DNA of 64,000 nt from Macrostomum lignano (taxonomy: Eukaryota). Position 1 is the stretch's first letter. Each line of letters starts with the position of its first letter. Position numbers and translations under genes: made by a program. The stretch spans positions 372,001-436,000 of the forward strand of contig NIVC01000677.1 of the NCBI GenBank assembly GCA_002269645.1. Reading direction: 5' to 3'. The notes below the pieces were generated by a model. That model had not been told where the DNA came from and ran no database searches. It was given only the letters and a program-made list of their open reading frames with translations. Shown in pieces: positions 26,250 through 38,309 of the stretch.

Positions 26250-27856
26250 TGTGCAGTAGTTATTAGCTAATGTCAATATTAAAGTCAATGAATTCAGTGG
26301 ACAGATTGAGTCACATCTGATTTGATTGGCACAGCAATAAGTATTGGGATGAATATGAGAACATTTGTAATGTGTTACAATATATTGGGCTTACTGCAAC
26401 AGGAAAAATCAAAAACATTTTCCATAAATTTTACATGGGTCTTATTTTCTCTATAATAATATATTTGCAATCTCTATATTTGCTAGAGACTGCAAGGACA
26501 GACTGACAACTATCACTTATTTGCTGAATAGGGTCAATGCCAAAGTTAAAATGTTCTATGTTGCATTGCATTTTTGAGCTACAATTTTAGACCTCTGTGT
26601 TGCATGTCTGTAGGCTTTCTACACTTATTCTAATAGGGATATCCATATATCAATAACAAATGTAGGCTTTGGCATACGAATTTGTACTCAAGCTTCACAT
26701 AATGCATACTCAAAAATTATATCAAAATACATTTCCCCACACATGTGATACAACCCTAAGTGTAGGTTTCATAGAGAGGATTTCAATGGTTTTTAGTTTC
26801 AAAAAAGAAATTAATAGATTTTTTACAAAGTTTTAATTGATAAACTATAGTTTTACCAAGAGAATTTTAATGGATTTTAGTCCTAGTACTCAACTTCTAA
26901 TGTTCAACTTCCTTATCTCAACTTCTATTATTCAACTACTATATAATTTTTTAACTTTTAGCTTGTAATTAAAAAACATACTTTTTGAAAAGGTTAAGCA
27001 GACTTTTTGACTTGAAATGCATTATAAAAATGCTATAAAAAACTGAATGGCTGAATTGTAATTTTTTTATCATACTAGGCTTTTTATTTATTGTCTGTTT
27101 GCTTATTGACAGTGAACTGAATTGTGTCACAGTGTTAAAATCACAATGTTTAAGCATAGGCCCCCTAGCCCTATAGTACCAGACTTGATTCAGATTGCTT
27201 AACCTTAGTGTTAACTTTAATTAAAACAGATACTGACTTGCCTGAAAATGGATTATGTCATAACTAGGCCTAATTTATAACTTTTAGTCAAACTGATTTG
27301 GTATAAATATTCAATTATAATAGAAGTACTACAATTTATTTAAAGATTTGAATAGCCTAAACTGCTAATGCAACAACTTGGGTTTGAATCTTAGTATCAT
27401 AAATTTTTCATTAAAACTTAAAAGCTTAGCATTTTTTTTTGTTTTATGATACCCATATTTGCATCAATTTTGCTTTTCAATACTTATGGAAAGTAATCAA
27501 AATTGAAATAGACATAGCCATGATTGCAAAAATATTACAATTGTAACTTATTAGACCTAGAGCACAACCCTTATATTCAGCTTTGTTAGGCCTGTACAAT
27601 TCTTTAAATGGAGACTTTGTTAATAATATATCATAAAATAAAAGTCAAGGGATAGAAATGAAAATGAGGGACAATTTGTTAATATTGTCATATCTATTCC
27701 TTTCTAGCCATGGCAGCAAGACACAATTCTCCTGGCTCTTTAAATTTAATAAATTTTTGCTTCCCTATCTCACTTTTGTTTTACAATGCATTCTTAACAA
27801 ATTCTCCATTGAGTGAATATAAGGATGATGCTTTAGTAATAAGTTACAATTATACT

Positions 27857-28142
27857 CATATATGCACAAACCCCCTGATTTGCACTGGTCATGCGACTTA
27901 CTTTTTGACCAAAAATGCAACTTACTTATGAAAGAAACCCTAGAGCAACATTAATGCAATTTTGGGTAAATGGCAAGAGTAACTATAACTGTTACTCCTA
28001 ACTGTTACAAGGGCTAAATGCTTCATCATCTAATTAGTACTACATCTGTATTCTTTGGGGTGGGCATTTTTGCGACTTACCCCTAGTCTACCATAATTTA
28101 GTGGCCAGATCGGCCAAGTTGGCTAGCAGTTGCACATGTATG
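27857..28142 (-). mobile_element. Old, decayed copy of the 282-bp hAT MITE
   Basis: Reverse-complement similarity to 25553-25834; TIRs CATATATGCACAA / TTGCACATGTATG; 7/8 TSD ATTATACT / ATTATATT. Confidence 0.75.
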
Positions 28143-28169
28143 ATTATATTTATATAGCATTTATATAAT

Positions 28170-28946
28170 CATGGCGGATCCTAGAATATTTGTCAACTTT
28201 TTTTATCAACTAAGAGTTGACAAAAATTAATTGGTAGTTGGAATGTTCATCAACTGCCAATAGGAACAATGGAATATTTGGCAAATACCAATGAGAAAAG
28301 TAGAAGCATATTTTAATAAGTAAATTTATTAAACTTTATTGTTCAATAATTACTTGGCGGAAATTAAACTTGCCAGCCATACTACATTTTACTTTTTTGT
28401 TTTTCACTTCCAACTTTGACAATAATGCAGTAAATATGTCTTTATTGTTTAGATATGTTGTAACCAAGAGCTGCTACTATATACTGGTTCTAGTAGCACC
28501 ATTCGGTGCAATTTTTTTTTGGTGCAGTTGTCAATATTGTTGTTCATTCCATGCAAGTAACAACAAAACAAAACAAAAGAAAATGCATAAGTAGATATAT
28601 ACTCCACAAATCAGTCGCACCTAGCATATTTTCTCTAAATTGTGTTAGACACTGCCAACTCGCGTGCCAACTCGCGAGTCATGTACATCTGCTAGCTAGT
28701 TCATGCTCAGATTGTAATACACAACAACATTGCACAATTGCAATCAACATATATTGAATACACAATACAGTGTATGCAATAAAACATATACAAAGGCAGT
28801 TCTCTGATGCCTTCAAACTGGCTGTGGAACTTTTGTCAATAGGCAGTGAAAGATTTGGAATATTTGTCAACTGCAAAAATGAGGGTTAGAACATTTGTCA
28901 ACCAAGTTGACAAAAAAAGTTGACAAAAATTCCATAAACTATCATG
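28170..28946. mobile_element. Degenerate TIR element with GTTGACAAA subterminal repeats
   Basis: CATGG..GAATATTTGTCAACTTTTTT at left and AAAAAAGTTGACAAAAATTCC..CATG at right; no clear TSD. Confidence 0.4.
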
Positions 28947-31375
28947 GCTATATCTATTTCAATTTTTACAATTTTTCATTGGGTAGGCCTATTATATAAC
29001 AAAATTGATGCAAATAATAAATAGGGCTATAAGCATTATAAAAAAAGAATGCCAAAAGCTTTTATTAAATAATTTAGGCCCTATCAAAGACAAGGATTAT
29101 TGTATTTAATGAGTAAAAGATTATTGCACTTGCACTTATTGATATATTAATTATTGTACTTGATGAGTTAAGCATTATTGCACTAAATTAGTAAAGGTTT
29201 TTGAAATAGCTGAAAAAGTAATTATTGCACTTGTTCTTGCTGAATAATTTTTTCTCCTTACTTAGCTGGCCAATAGGGGAACTAAATTGCTAGTTTTTAC
29301 TATTATTATAAATTATATTATAGGGCCTAATACCTCCATAACTCAGTCACATTTAAAAAAAAATTTGGGTCACTTTGAGATAATGACAATCAGTCCTACT
29401 CCCTACGTTAGCTAGGTAGGCAGTTTTAGCGCGTCGCTTTTCCATCTTATTTTCTTCACATTTCTATCTTAATAAATATACTCAATCAATCAAGGTGAGC
29501 TCGTTGTCGTTCAGTAGTAGTAGTAGTAGTTGTAGTATTAGTAGTAAGAATTTGGCTCAGGCAATTAGCCTGCTTGGCCAATATATTGTATTGCCATAGG
29601 GCAATGTATTTGGAGAAATTTTTGAAATTTTTACAGAAGATTCGACGAAATTGTAAAGATAAAGTATTTGAAAGCGCGCCAGAATTTTTTACGGTATTTT
29701 TGGACGAAAAGTGACGACTTTTTTTATAAGAAACCGACAAACTTAAAGTTTTTAAATGAGTGTGAATATGAATATGGATGAGTATAAATATGAGTACAAA
29801 AATAAGTACGAATTATTGCTTTGATTACGAGATTACGAGATAAGGTACGAATGAAGTTCGAACAAAAAATCGAAAAGAAAAAAATTGATGTAGACCAGTT
29901 TTAAAATGATCGCGAATAAGAATAACGATAAATAACCGTATTTTATGTCAATATATCAATGCATATATAACCGTGTTACCGTATTACAATAGCATTTAAA
30001 TATTTGTGTTACCTGTTAAATAAATTGTTTTAACATTTGTAAATAATTAAGAGTATGCGAAAGGGTATGCGTAATTCGTAAAAATGCATAGAGAAGTTTT
30101 GAAAGGCTAACATTTGACGCACAGAAAAGCGGGAAAAAAGACAAAATAGCGCCTCAGAGAACGAAGAAATGCAAACAGATAGCACCCAGGAAGAGAAAGC
30201 AATTCATGATATCAACAAAAAGAGGAAAGTAGAGAACAAAGATTCCCTCTTATCATAGTTTCGGGTATTTAAAGAACCAATTAATCAATTAATATTAATA
30301 ATCTAGTCAAATTTGTGCCAAAAAGAGTTGTTAAACGCCTGAAAAACACTAAGTGTTTTAGGAATTTTAAGCGTGAACTTAAGAATAAATGTACAAAAAT
30401 AAAATAAATAACCTGATTTTGGAATGCCAAAAGTGATTCTTAAGGGTTGTTTGTCATTGTTTAACAAAATTCCTTGGCGCGTTTGTTAAAGGGTTAATTT
30501 TAACGAGCAGTTTAAATTAATATGGCTTCCATTTTCCATGCGGGTTATTTTCCGTTACGTTTTGATTTCTTGGTTCCTAGTCAGTTTGTCATCTGCCATC
30601 ATTGTCGTGATCTTCATCTAGTGTTTCTAATACCCCACCTCGATTCGAGTCACTTAGGCTAGTGATTTTAATTAGCGTGCACTAACTATGAAGGGAGTCA
30701 GTTCATCAGACCTCAGTCAATGTTAATTTCTAATTCCAAGGGAATTATTGCGGAAATTTGTGTATATTAGGCCTACACTAAGGGGGGCTATAAATTAGGT
30801 AAATGAAGGTTTTTTATAAAAAATATATTTTGAAAGACTTGACGTCTATTTTTGGCAATTTCTCTTCTAATAGTGGATAAAGAAGGATCCAGATTTCCAG
30901 TTTTAGTTTTGTGTAGGCCTATATCATTATCATTGCCATTATTGTTGTTTTGTCTATGTATGTTACAAAGCCTGAAAGCCAAGACAAGAATTGTTATCTA
31001 CCATTTCACTGATTTGTTGATAACAAAGTATTATAAGTAGGCCTATTCAGCTATTAGTATTTGATAATTTAGTATTTGGTATTTATAAGATATTTCTAAA
31101 CTAAAGTCATTTTATAGCCATAGGCCTATCATATATATTTACAAGGTTACTTTGCTTAGCCCCATTCTAATCCTAATCAATTCTATAATCCTAGTTTATA
31201 TCAATAGTAAAATAACTTTGAAAGTTTGATTTTTTCTTTTTATATCTTCAATCTTTTTATAGGCCTACTTATTGTTAACCTATGCCTATCTATAGCTTCA
31301 ATTTAATTTAGATCATGGCAATGATAACATATATTTTTTACAAAAATTTAAAGATATAGAGCCTAGGCCTATAAG

Positions 31376-31725
31376 CATACATGCCTAACACCTGTCCAAC
31401 CTATCCAAACCAGATAGGTGAAATCGCCGCTAGCCAAGGTAAGTCGCAAAATCAAACATGCAAAAAACAAAAAACAAGGGTAAGAAAAAAGAAGAGGAAG
31501 AGAAAAAAATAAAGAAAGAAGTAAGAGAAGAGAGAGGGGAAAAAGGAAAGAGAAGAAAAGAAAAAATGCAAGAAAATTCATATACAAAATGATAATTAAG
31601 TTGCAATTGGGGGAGCAAAGTTGCAATCAGGAGGAACTAAGTCGCAATTGGGAGAAACTAAATCACAAATCTAGACAAAACTAAGTTGCACCAGATAGGT
31701 AAAATTTTGAGGTTAGGCATGTATG
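31376..31725 (+). mobile_element. hAT-family MITE variant (350 bp), TSD CCTATAAG
   Basis: TIR CATACATGCCTAAC / GTTAGGCATGTATG; identical 8-mers at 31368-31375 and 31726-31733; internal AAGTCGCA/AAGTTGCA motifs and purine-rich filler. Confidence 0.88.
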
Positions 31726-32045
31726 CCTATAAGCCTAATAAAGTTAAGCAATAGGCCTATAAAGTAATATAGACCTAATAAATATAATATATTCTATTTC
31801 TATGTTAGACTAATATATATTAACCTAAAATTAAAACTTGTTACCATATTTTGAATCATGTAGTATATATTCAAAAAATTTTATATGTAAATTTCAAGTT
31901 TTCTGGTTTTTAAACTTGTAATAGACATTTAAACAAATGTTTATATATATATGTATATATATAATTTAGTCTTTTAGTCCAATTGCAACTTAGTCTTTCT
32001 TGCCTTTTTGACTAAACTATCTTTAGTAAAAAATCAATATATATA

Positions 32046-32196
32046 TTTTTGGTAGATAATTTGGTTGCTTATTTATCTTTCTTGCCTTTTTGACTAAACT
32101 ATCTTTAGTAAAAAATCAATATATATATATATATATAAGATAGTTTAGTCAAAAAGGCAAGAAAGATAAATAAGCAACCAAATTATCTACCAAAAA
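32046..32196. repeat. Perfect 60-bp inverted repeat with a 31-nt (TA)n loop
   Basis: 32046-32105 is the reverse complement of 32137-32196; partial direct copy at 31994-32045. Confidence 0.85.
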
Positions 32197-32705
32197 GATT
32201 ATTTATACAATACAAAAGGTCATTTATTGTTGCAACACTAACAGATTTGAAAGTGTAGGCGTACACTAATTTTTTGGTTGCATTTATAACTATTCAATTT
32301 TTGTTCATGCATGCATTAAGCATGATCTGGATTATAGAGTTGCACTAATTAATTTAACTAAAAGTAGGTACTAAGGCCTATTTATAAAATGGTGCCTATT
32401 CTATATAGTATAGATATGCCTAGATGGTGGGTCAAATTAAGCCATATAGAGTTTAATGTCTTATTCAAAAAAGTATTTCAAGTAGTTTAGTTAGTAATAA
32501 GTAAGTAGATAGTTATTAGGTAGGTTAGAAATCAAAACTTTGACCCTTTGATTTTATAAATCTAATGCTCTAACTAACCACTAGTCTATAACTTAAATAC
32601 TTTTGGATATTAGACTAAATGTTATCTATTTTTTACCTAATTGTTTATTGCCTAACTATATCTTTAAATGTTATAATTTGGATGAATAGATATAAACACA
32701 TATAA

Positions 32706-32995
32706 ACATATGAGCAGACTGCAATATGCAGATGAGCAGACTGCAATATGCAGATGAGCAGACTGCAATATGCAGATGAGCAGACTATAATATGCAGATG
32801 AGCAGACTGCAATATGCAGATGAGCAGACTGCAATATGCAGATGAGCAGACTATAATATGCAGATGAGCAGACTGCGATATGCAGATGAGTAGATTGAAT
32901 ATGCAGCAAGCAGATTATAATATGCAGATGAGTAGACTGCAATATGCAGATGAGCAGACTGCAATATTAACACTGCAATATTGAGCAGACTAATA
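32706..32995. repeat. 22-bp minisatellite (GCAGATGAGCAGACTGCAATAT) just upstream of the CPOX start
   Basis: About 12 tandem units. Confidence 0.92.
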
Positions 32996-33019
32996 TCAGT
33001 TATTTGAACTACTGGCTTC

Positions 33020-36000
33020 ATGTCTCTCCGTCGACTTGTCCAATTCGCCACTGTTGGCACTGCATCAGCATGGCGACGGCGTCGGCCCTACCTTCTGGTT
33101 GGCATGGCAACCGTGGCCACATCGGGCGCGGCGCTGGCTCTGTCTATTAAAAGAGAAAACTGGCCGGAATTGCCACTTCCAGCTGTTGTCAAATCGGCAC
33201 CCGTGTGCAGCGCGGCCAGCATTGGGCGGCCGCAGCACTGGATGACCGACCCAGTGTCCGAGACAGGCTGGCTATGCGATCCGTCCAATAGTGCCGAGCC
33301 CCGAGTCGGCATGGAGCGACTCTGTATGGATTTGCAGGTTTGACTGGCTTGTGTCTATGCTGCTCCTAGATAGTGCGTGTTTTCATTGCCTAGGTCATTG
33401 ATTGTTTCCTTAGGAATGCCTGTTTCCTAGATTTGCGTCTAATCTTATCGCCCTCTAGAGTCGTGTCTAATCGCCATCTAGATTCGTATCTAATCACCAT
33501 CTAGAGTCGTGTCTAATCGCCATCTAGATTCGTATCTAATCACCATCTAGAGTCGTGTCTAATCGCCATCTAGATTCGTATCTAATCACCATCTAGAGTC
33601 GTGTCTAATCGCCATCTAGATTCGTATCTAATCACCATCTAGAGTCGTGTCTAATCGCCATCTAGATTCGTATCTAATCACCATCTAGAGTCGTGTCTAA
33701 TCGCCATCTAGATTCGTATCTAATCACCATCTAGAGTCGTGTCTATTCCCATCTAGATTCGTATCTAATCACCATTTAGAGTCGTGTCTAATCAACATCT
33801 AGAGTCGTGTCTAATCACCATCTAGAGTCGTGTCTAATCAACATCTAGAGTCGTGTCTAATCACCATCTAGATTCGTATCTAATCACCATCTAGAGTCGT
33901 GTCTAATCGCCATCTAGATTCGTATCTAATCACCATCTAGAGTCGTGTCTAATCGCCATCTAGATTCGTATCTAATCACCATCTAGAGTCGTGTCTAATC
34001 GCCATCTAGATTCGTATCTAATCACCATCTAGAGTCGTGTCTAATCGCCATCTAGATTCGTATCTAATCACCATCTAGAGTCGTGTCTATTCCCATCTAG
34101 ATTCGTATCTAATCACCATTTAGAGTCGTGTCTAATCAACATCTAGAGTCGTGTCTAATCACCATCTAGAGTCGTGTCTAATCAACATCTAGAGTCGTGT
34201 CTAATCACCATCTAGATTCGTATCTAATCACCATCTAGAGTCGTGTCTAATCGCCATCTAGATTCGTATCTAATCACCATCTAGAGTCGTGTCTAATTGC
34301 CATCTAGATTCGTATCTAATCACCATCTAGAGTCGTGTCTAATCGCCATCTAGATTCGTATCTAATCACCATCTAGAGTCGTGTCTATTCCCATCTAGAT
34401 TCGTATCTAATCACCATTTAGAGTCGTGTCTAATCAACATCTAGAGTCGTGTCTAATCACCATCTAGAGTCGTGTCTAATCAACATCTAGAGTCGTGTCT
34501 AATCACCATCTAGAGTCGTGTCTAATCATCATCTAGATTCGTATCTAATCACCATCTAGATTCGTATCTAATCACCATCTAGATTCGTATCTAATCACCA
34601 TCTAGAGTCGTATAATTTCTCCAAGTGACATGTCTCCATAGACTGAGTACAACATTGTATGACTATAACATAATTAAATCTACATATTCAAGGGCCGCCT
34701 ATGCCGCGCCATGGAAGAACTGGACGGCGAAGCCCGTTTCATAGTTGACAAATGGGCTCGGCCCTCCGGCGGCGGCGGCATCTCCTGCGTGCTAACCGAC
34801 GGTGTCGTGTTTGAACGGGCCGGCGTCAACATCAGCGTGGTGCACGGCAGCCTCACCCAGCAGGCTGTGCGCCAGATGAACTCGCGGCCGGATCGGCACA
34901 AGCTGCCCGAGGGCAAGGAGCTGCCATTCTGCGCTATCGGCATTAGCTCGGTTATCCATCCGCGCAATCCGTTTGTCCCAACTATGCACTTTAATTTCCG
35001 CTACTTCGAAATTGACGATGGCAAAGGCGGCGTCTCTTGGTGGTACGGCGGCGGCGCCGATCTGACGCCGACGTTTCTCGATAAAGACGACGCGACGCAT
35101 TTCCACAGGACGCTGAAGGCCGCCTGCGATAACCACGACAAGTGAGCGACGTTGCGTTACGTTTATTGACCTTGGGTAGGCAGGGGTAACGCCTCTGTAG
35201 CGCAAGCAGTCAATCATGGCTTGAATCGACACAGTCGGTTAATAGCCGATCTAGAGTTTTATTAGGCATAAACACCTTTTTAGATCTTCAGACCTTTAAT
35301 GGACCTTACATTTCAATAGGCATCCAGACCTTCAATACACTCAGACCCTCAAAAGACACACCCAGACCCTCAATATATATACAGTCAGCCCCTCAATAGG
35401 CACCCAGACCTTCAATACACTCAGACCTTCAATACACTCAGACCTTCAATACACTCAGACCTTCAATACACTCAGACCCTCAAAAGACACACCCAGACCC
35501 TCAATATATATACAGTCAGCCCCTCAATAGGCACCCAGACCTTCAATACACTCATGCTTGGGCGCAACCTAGGGATTCACCCGGCCGTTTCTATTGGCAA
35601 CACACACACGTAAGTCGCTATTGGACAGAATAGTAGTCACGTGACTGCTCTCAACCAATAGCGACTTACATGTGTGTGTTGCCAATAGAAACGGCCGGGT
35701 GATTCCCAAGGTTGCGCGTGTATGAATACACTCAGACCTTCAATACACTCAGACCCTCAAAAGACACACCCAGACCCTCAATATATATACAGTCAGCCCC
35801 TCAATAGGCACCCAGACCTTTAATACACTCAGACCTTCAATACACTCAGACCCTCAAAAGACACACCCAGACCCTCAATATATATACAGTCAGCCCCTCA
35901 ATAGGCACCATACATGCGCAACCTTGGGATTCTCTCGGCCGTTTCTATTGGCAACACACACATGTAAGTCGCTATTGGCTGAGAGCAGTCACGTGACTAC

Positions 36001-36832
36001 TATTCTGTCCAATAGCGACTTACATGTGTGTGTTGCCAATAGAAACGGCCGAGTGAATCCCAAGGTTGCGCCCAAGCATGATAGGCACCCAGACCTTCAA
36101 TACACTCAGACCCTCAGTAGACACACTCAGACCTTCAATAGGCACTCAGACCCTCAATAGACACACTCAGACCTTCAAAAGACACTCAGACCTTCGATAG
36201 ACACACTCAGATCTTCAATAGGCACACTCAGCCCCTTTACAGGCACTCAGACCCTCAATGGGCACACTCAGACCCTCAATTGACACACTCAGCCTCTCAA
36301 TAGACACACCCAGACCCTCAATAGACATCACAGACCTTTACAAGATATCCAGGCCTTTATTAGCTAGCTACGTATACCACTACAATCTACTGCCAGATCG
36401 CTGTACCCCAAGTACAAAGCCTGGTGCGACAATTACTTCGTCATCGAGCATCGCGGCGAGCGACGCGGAGTTGGCGGCATCTTTTTCGACGACGTTGACT
36501 CGCCCAACCAGCCAGCCGCGTTCGCTTTCGTATCCTCGTGCGCCGACGCCATCGAAGCCGCCTACCTGCCAATAGTGCGCCGGAATATGCGACGCGGCTA
36601 TTCCTACGCTGACCGGCAGTGGCAGCTGCTCCGACGGGGTCGCTACGTAGAGTTTAATCTGGTGTACGATCGGGGCACCAAGTTCGGTCTGTTCACTAAG
36701 GACGCCAGGATTGAGAGCATCTTAATGAGCTTGCCGCCGCTGGCTCGCTGGGAGTACTGCCACGATCCCGACTCTGATCCGGTCAAGGCTCAGCTGATGC
36801 GGGTGCTCAGGGAGCCAGTTGACTGGGCCTAA
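33020..36832 (+). CDS. CPOX: Oxygen-dependent coproporphyrinogen-III oxidase; exons 33020-33337, 34693-35141, 36397-36832, 400 aa
   Basis: [100 protein letters not shown]; Arg-rich N-terminus with a hydrophobic segment like a mitochondrial presequence. Confidence 0.97.
33452..34611. repeat. 23-bp minisatellite with 46-bp dimeric higher-order structure in CPOX intron 1
   Basis: Alternating CATCTAGAGTCGTGTCTAATCGC / CATCTAGATTCGTATCTAATCAC. Confidence 0.95.
35553..35724 (-). mobile_element. 172-bp hairpin hAT MITE, TSD AATACACT
   Basis: Ends CATGCTTGGGCGCAACC / GGTTGCGCGTGTATG; near-perfect internal palindrome; 8-mer at 35545-35552 and 35725-35732. Confidence 0.9.
35909..36080 (+). mobile_element. 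172-bp hairpin hAT MITE (inverted relative to the neighbouring copy), TSD ATAGGCAC
   Basis: Ends CATACATGCGCAACC / GGTTGCGCCCAAGCATG; 8-mer at 35901-35908 and 36081-36088. Confidence 0.9.
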
Positions 36833-36884
36833 GTGCGCTAGTGATCTAGCTATTGGCACTAGGAGCTCTAGATAAGATTTCCTC

Positions 36885-37520
36885 AAGCTGCTGGGCAACT
36901 CGCCAGCCTCCCAGATCCTCAGCTGCTGGGCCACCCGCCAGCCTCCCAGATCCACAGCTGCTGGGCCACCCGCCAGCCTCCCAGATCCACAGCTGCTGGG
37001 CCACCCGCCAGCCTCTCAGATCCTCAGTTGCTGGGATACCCACCAGCCTCCCAGATCCTCAGCTGCTGGGCAACCCGCCAGCCTCCCAGATCCTCAGCTG
37101 CTGGGCAACCCGCCAGCCTCCCAGATCCTCAGCTGCTGGGCAACCCGCCAGCCTCCCAGATCCTCAGCTGCTGGGATACCCGCAGCCTCCCAGATCCTCA
37201 GCTGCTGGGATACCCGCAGCCTCCCAGATCCTCAGCTGCTGGGCAACCCGCCGGCCTCCCAGATCCTCAGCTGCTGGGCCACCCGCCAGCCTCCCAGATC
37301 CTCAGCTGCTGGGATACCCGCCAGCCTCCCAGATCCTCAGCTGCTGGGCAACCCGCCAGCCTCCCAGATCCTCAGCTGCTGGGCAACCCGCCAGCCTCCC
37401 AGATCCTCAGCTGCTGGGCAACCCGCCAGCCTCCCAGATCCTCAGCTGCTGGGCAACCCGCCAGCCTCCCAGATCCTCAGCTGCTGGGCAACCCGCCAGC
37501 CTCTCAGATCCTGAGCTGCT
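36885..37520. repeat. 35-bp GC-rich minisatellite (CAGCCTCCCAGATCCTCAGCTGCTGGGCAACCCGC) downstream of CPOX
   Basis: About 18 units; related array at 46478-46695. Confidence 0.95.
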
Positions 37521-38309
37521 CGTTAATCTTCTTAGCATAAGTCAGTCCTGAAAAATATGTTATAAAGTGTAACCACTCGATTTGTGAGTTTTGCTAATCA
37601 TCGTCTTATCTATTACTTTTTCATTACATATACACTCTGGCGCTGGTTTTCCCTAGTTTGAATTGGTGCTCTTTTGCTTATACTATGCGCATATTTGCAT
37701 CCTGTGTAGTTTCCAGTTTAGCGACCAAGAGATTCATTGATAATTTGACAGCAATCACTTAATTAATGCACTTAGTTATATGCGCTTTAATGTGCATTTT
37801 TATTGCCCTAAATATACGTTATTTCCTAATTAATCTTTCTAATGCTTCAGCTTTACTCATAGAATGTGTTTTTTATCGGAAAGCTTGTTTCGCAAATATC
37901 TGGATTGTATTTTACCCCTAATTCTGCAGTAAAAATGAACGGGGTCTGGATGCTTAGTAAAGCATATTGGGTCGAATTTTCCTGTTTTATATTTTTTAAC
38001 CAGACAATTACTTACAAGTCAGGCATAGCAGGCTTTAGTTTGAGCAACACAAGCATTAGACAGGCAACTTTAGTTTGAATGGGTTGTAGCATAGTCATAC
38101 ATGCGCAACAGTCGGCCGAGTCGGCCGATCCGGCCGACCGATTTGGCGGCCAACCAAGTAAGTCGCAAAATTGATTAACCGCCAAAAAAAACGAAAAAAC
38201 AAAAGACGAAAAAGGGGAAAGGAAAAGGAAAAAATGAGAAAAAGGGAGCAAAGAGAAAGAGAAAAACACAAAAAGAGTTGTAAGTGCTGTAAGTTGCAGC
38301 ACTGAAGAC

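Larger units (their letters stand above)
35315..36345. repeat. Complex ~18-bp minisatellite (CTCAGACCYTCAATA..) in CPOX intron 2, interrupted by two MITEs
   Basis: Tandem variant units with a longer repeated block. Confidence 0.88.

Noticed and set aside
33020-36832. Bacterial hemF contamination or recent horizontal transfer
   Set aside because: Spliceosomal introns and a mitochondrial-type N-terminus indicate ordinary eukaryotic CPOX.
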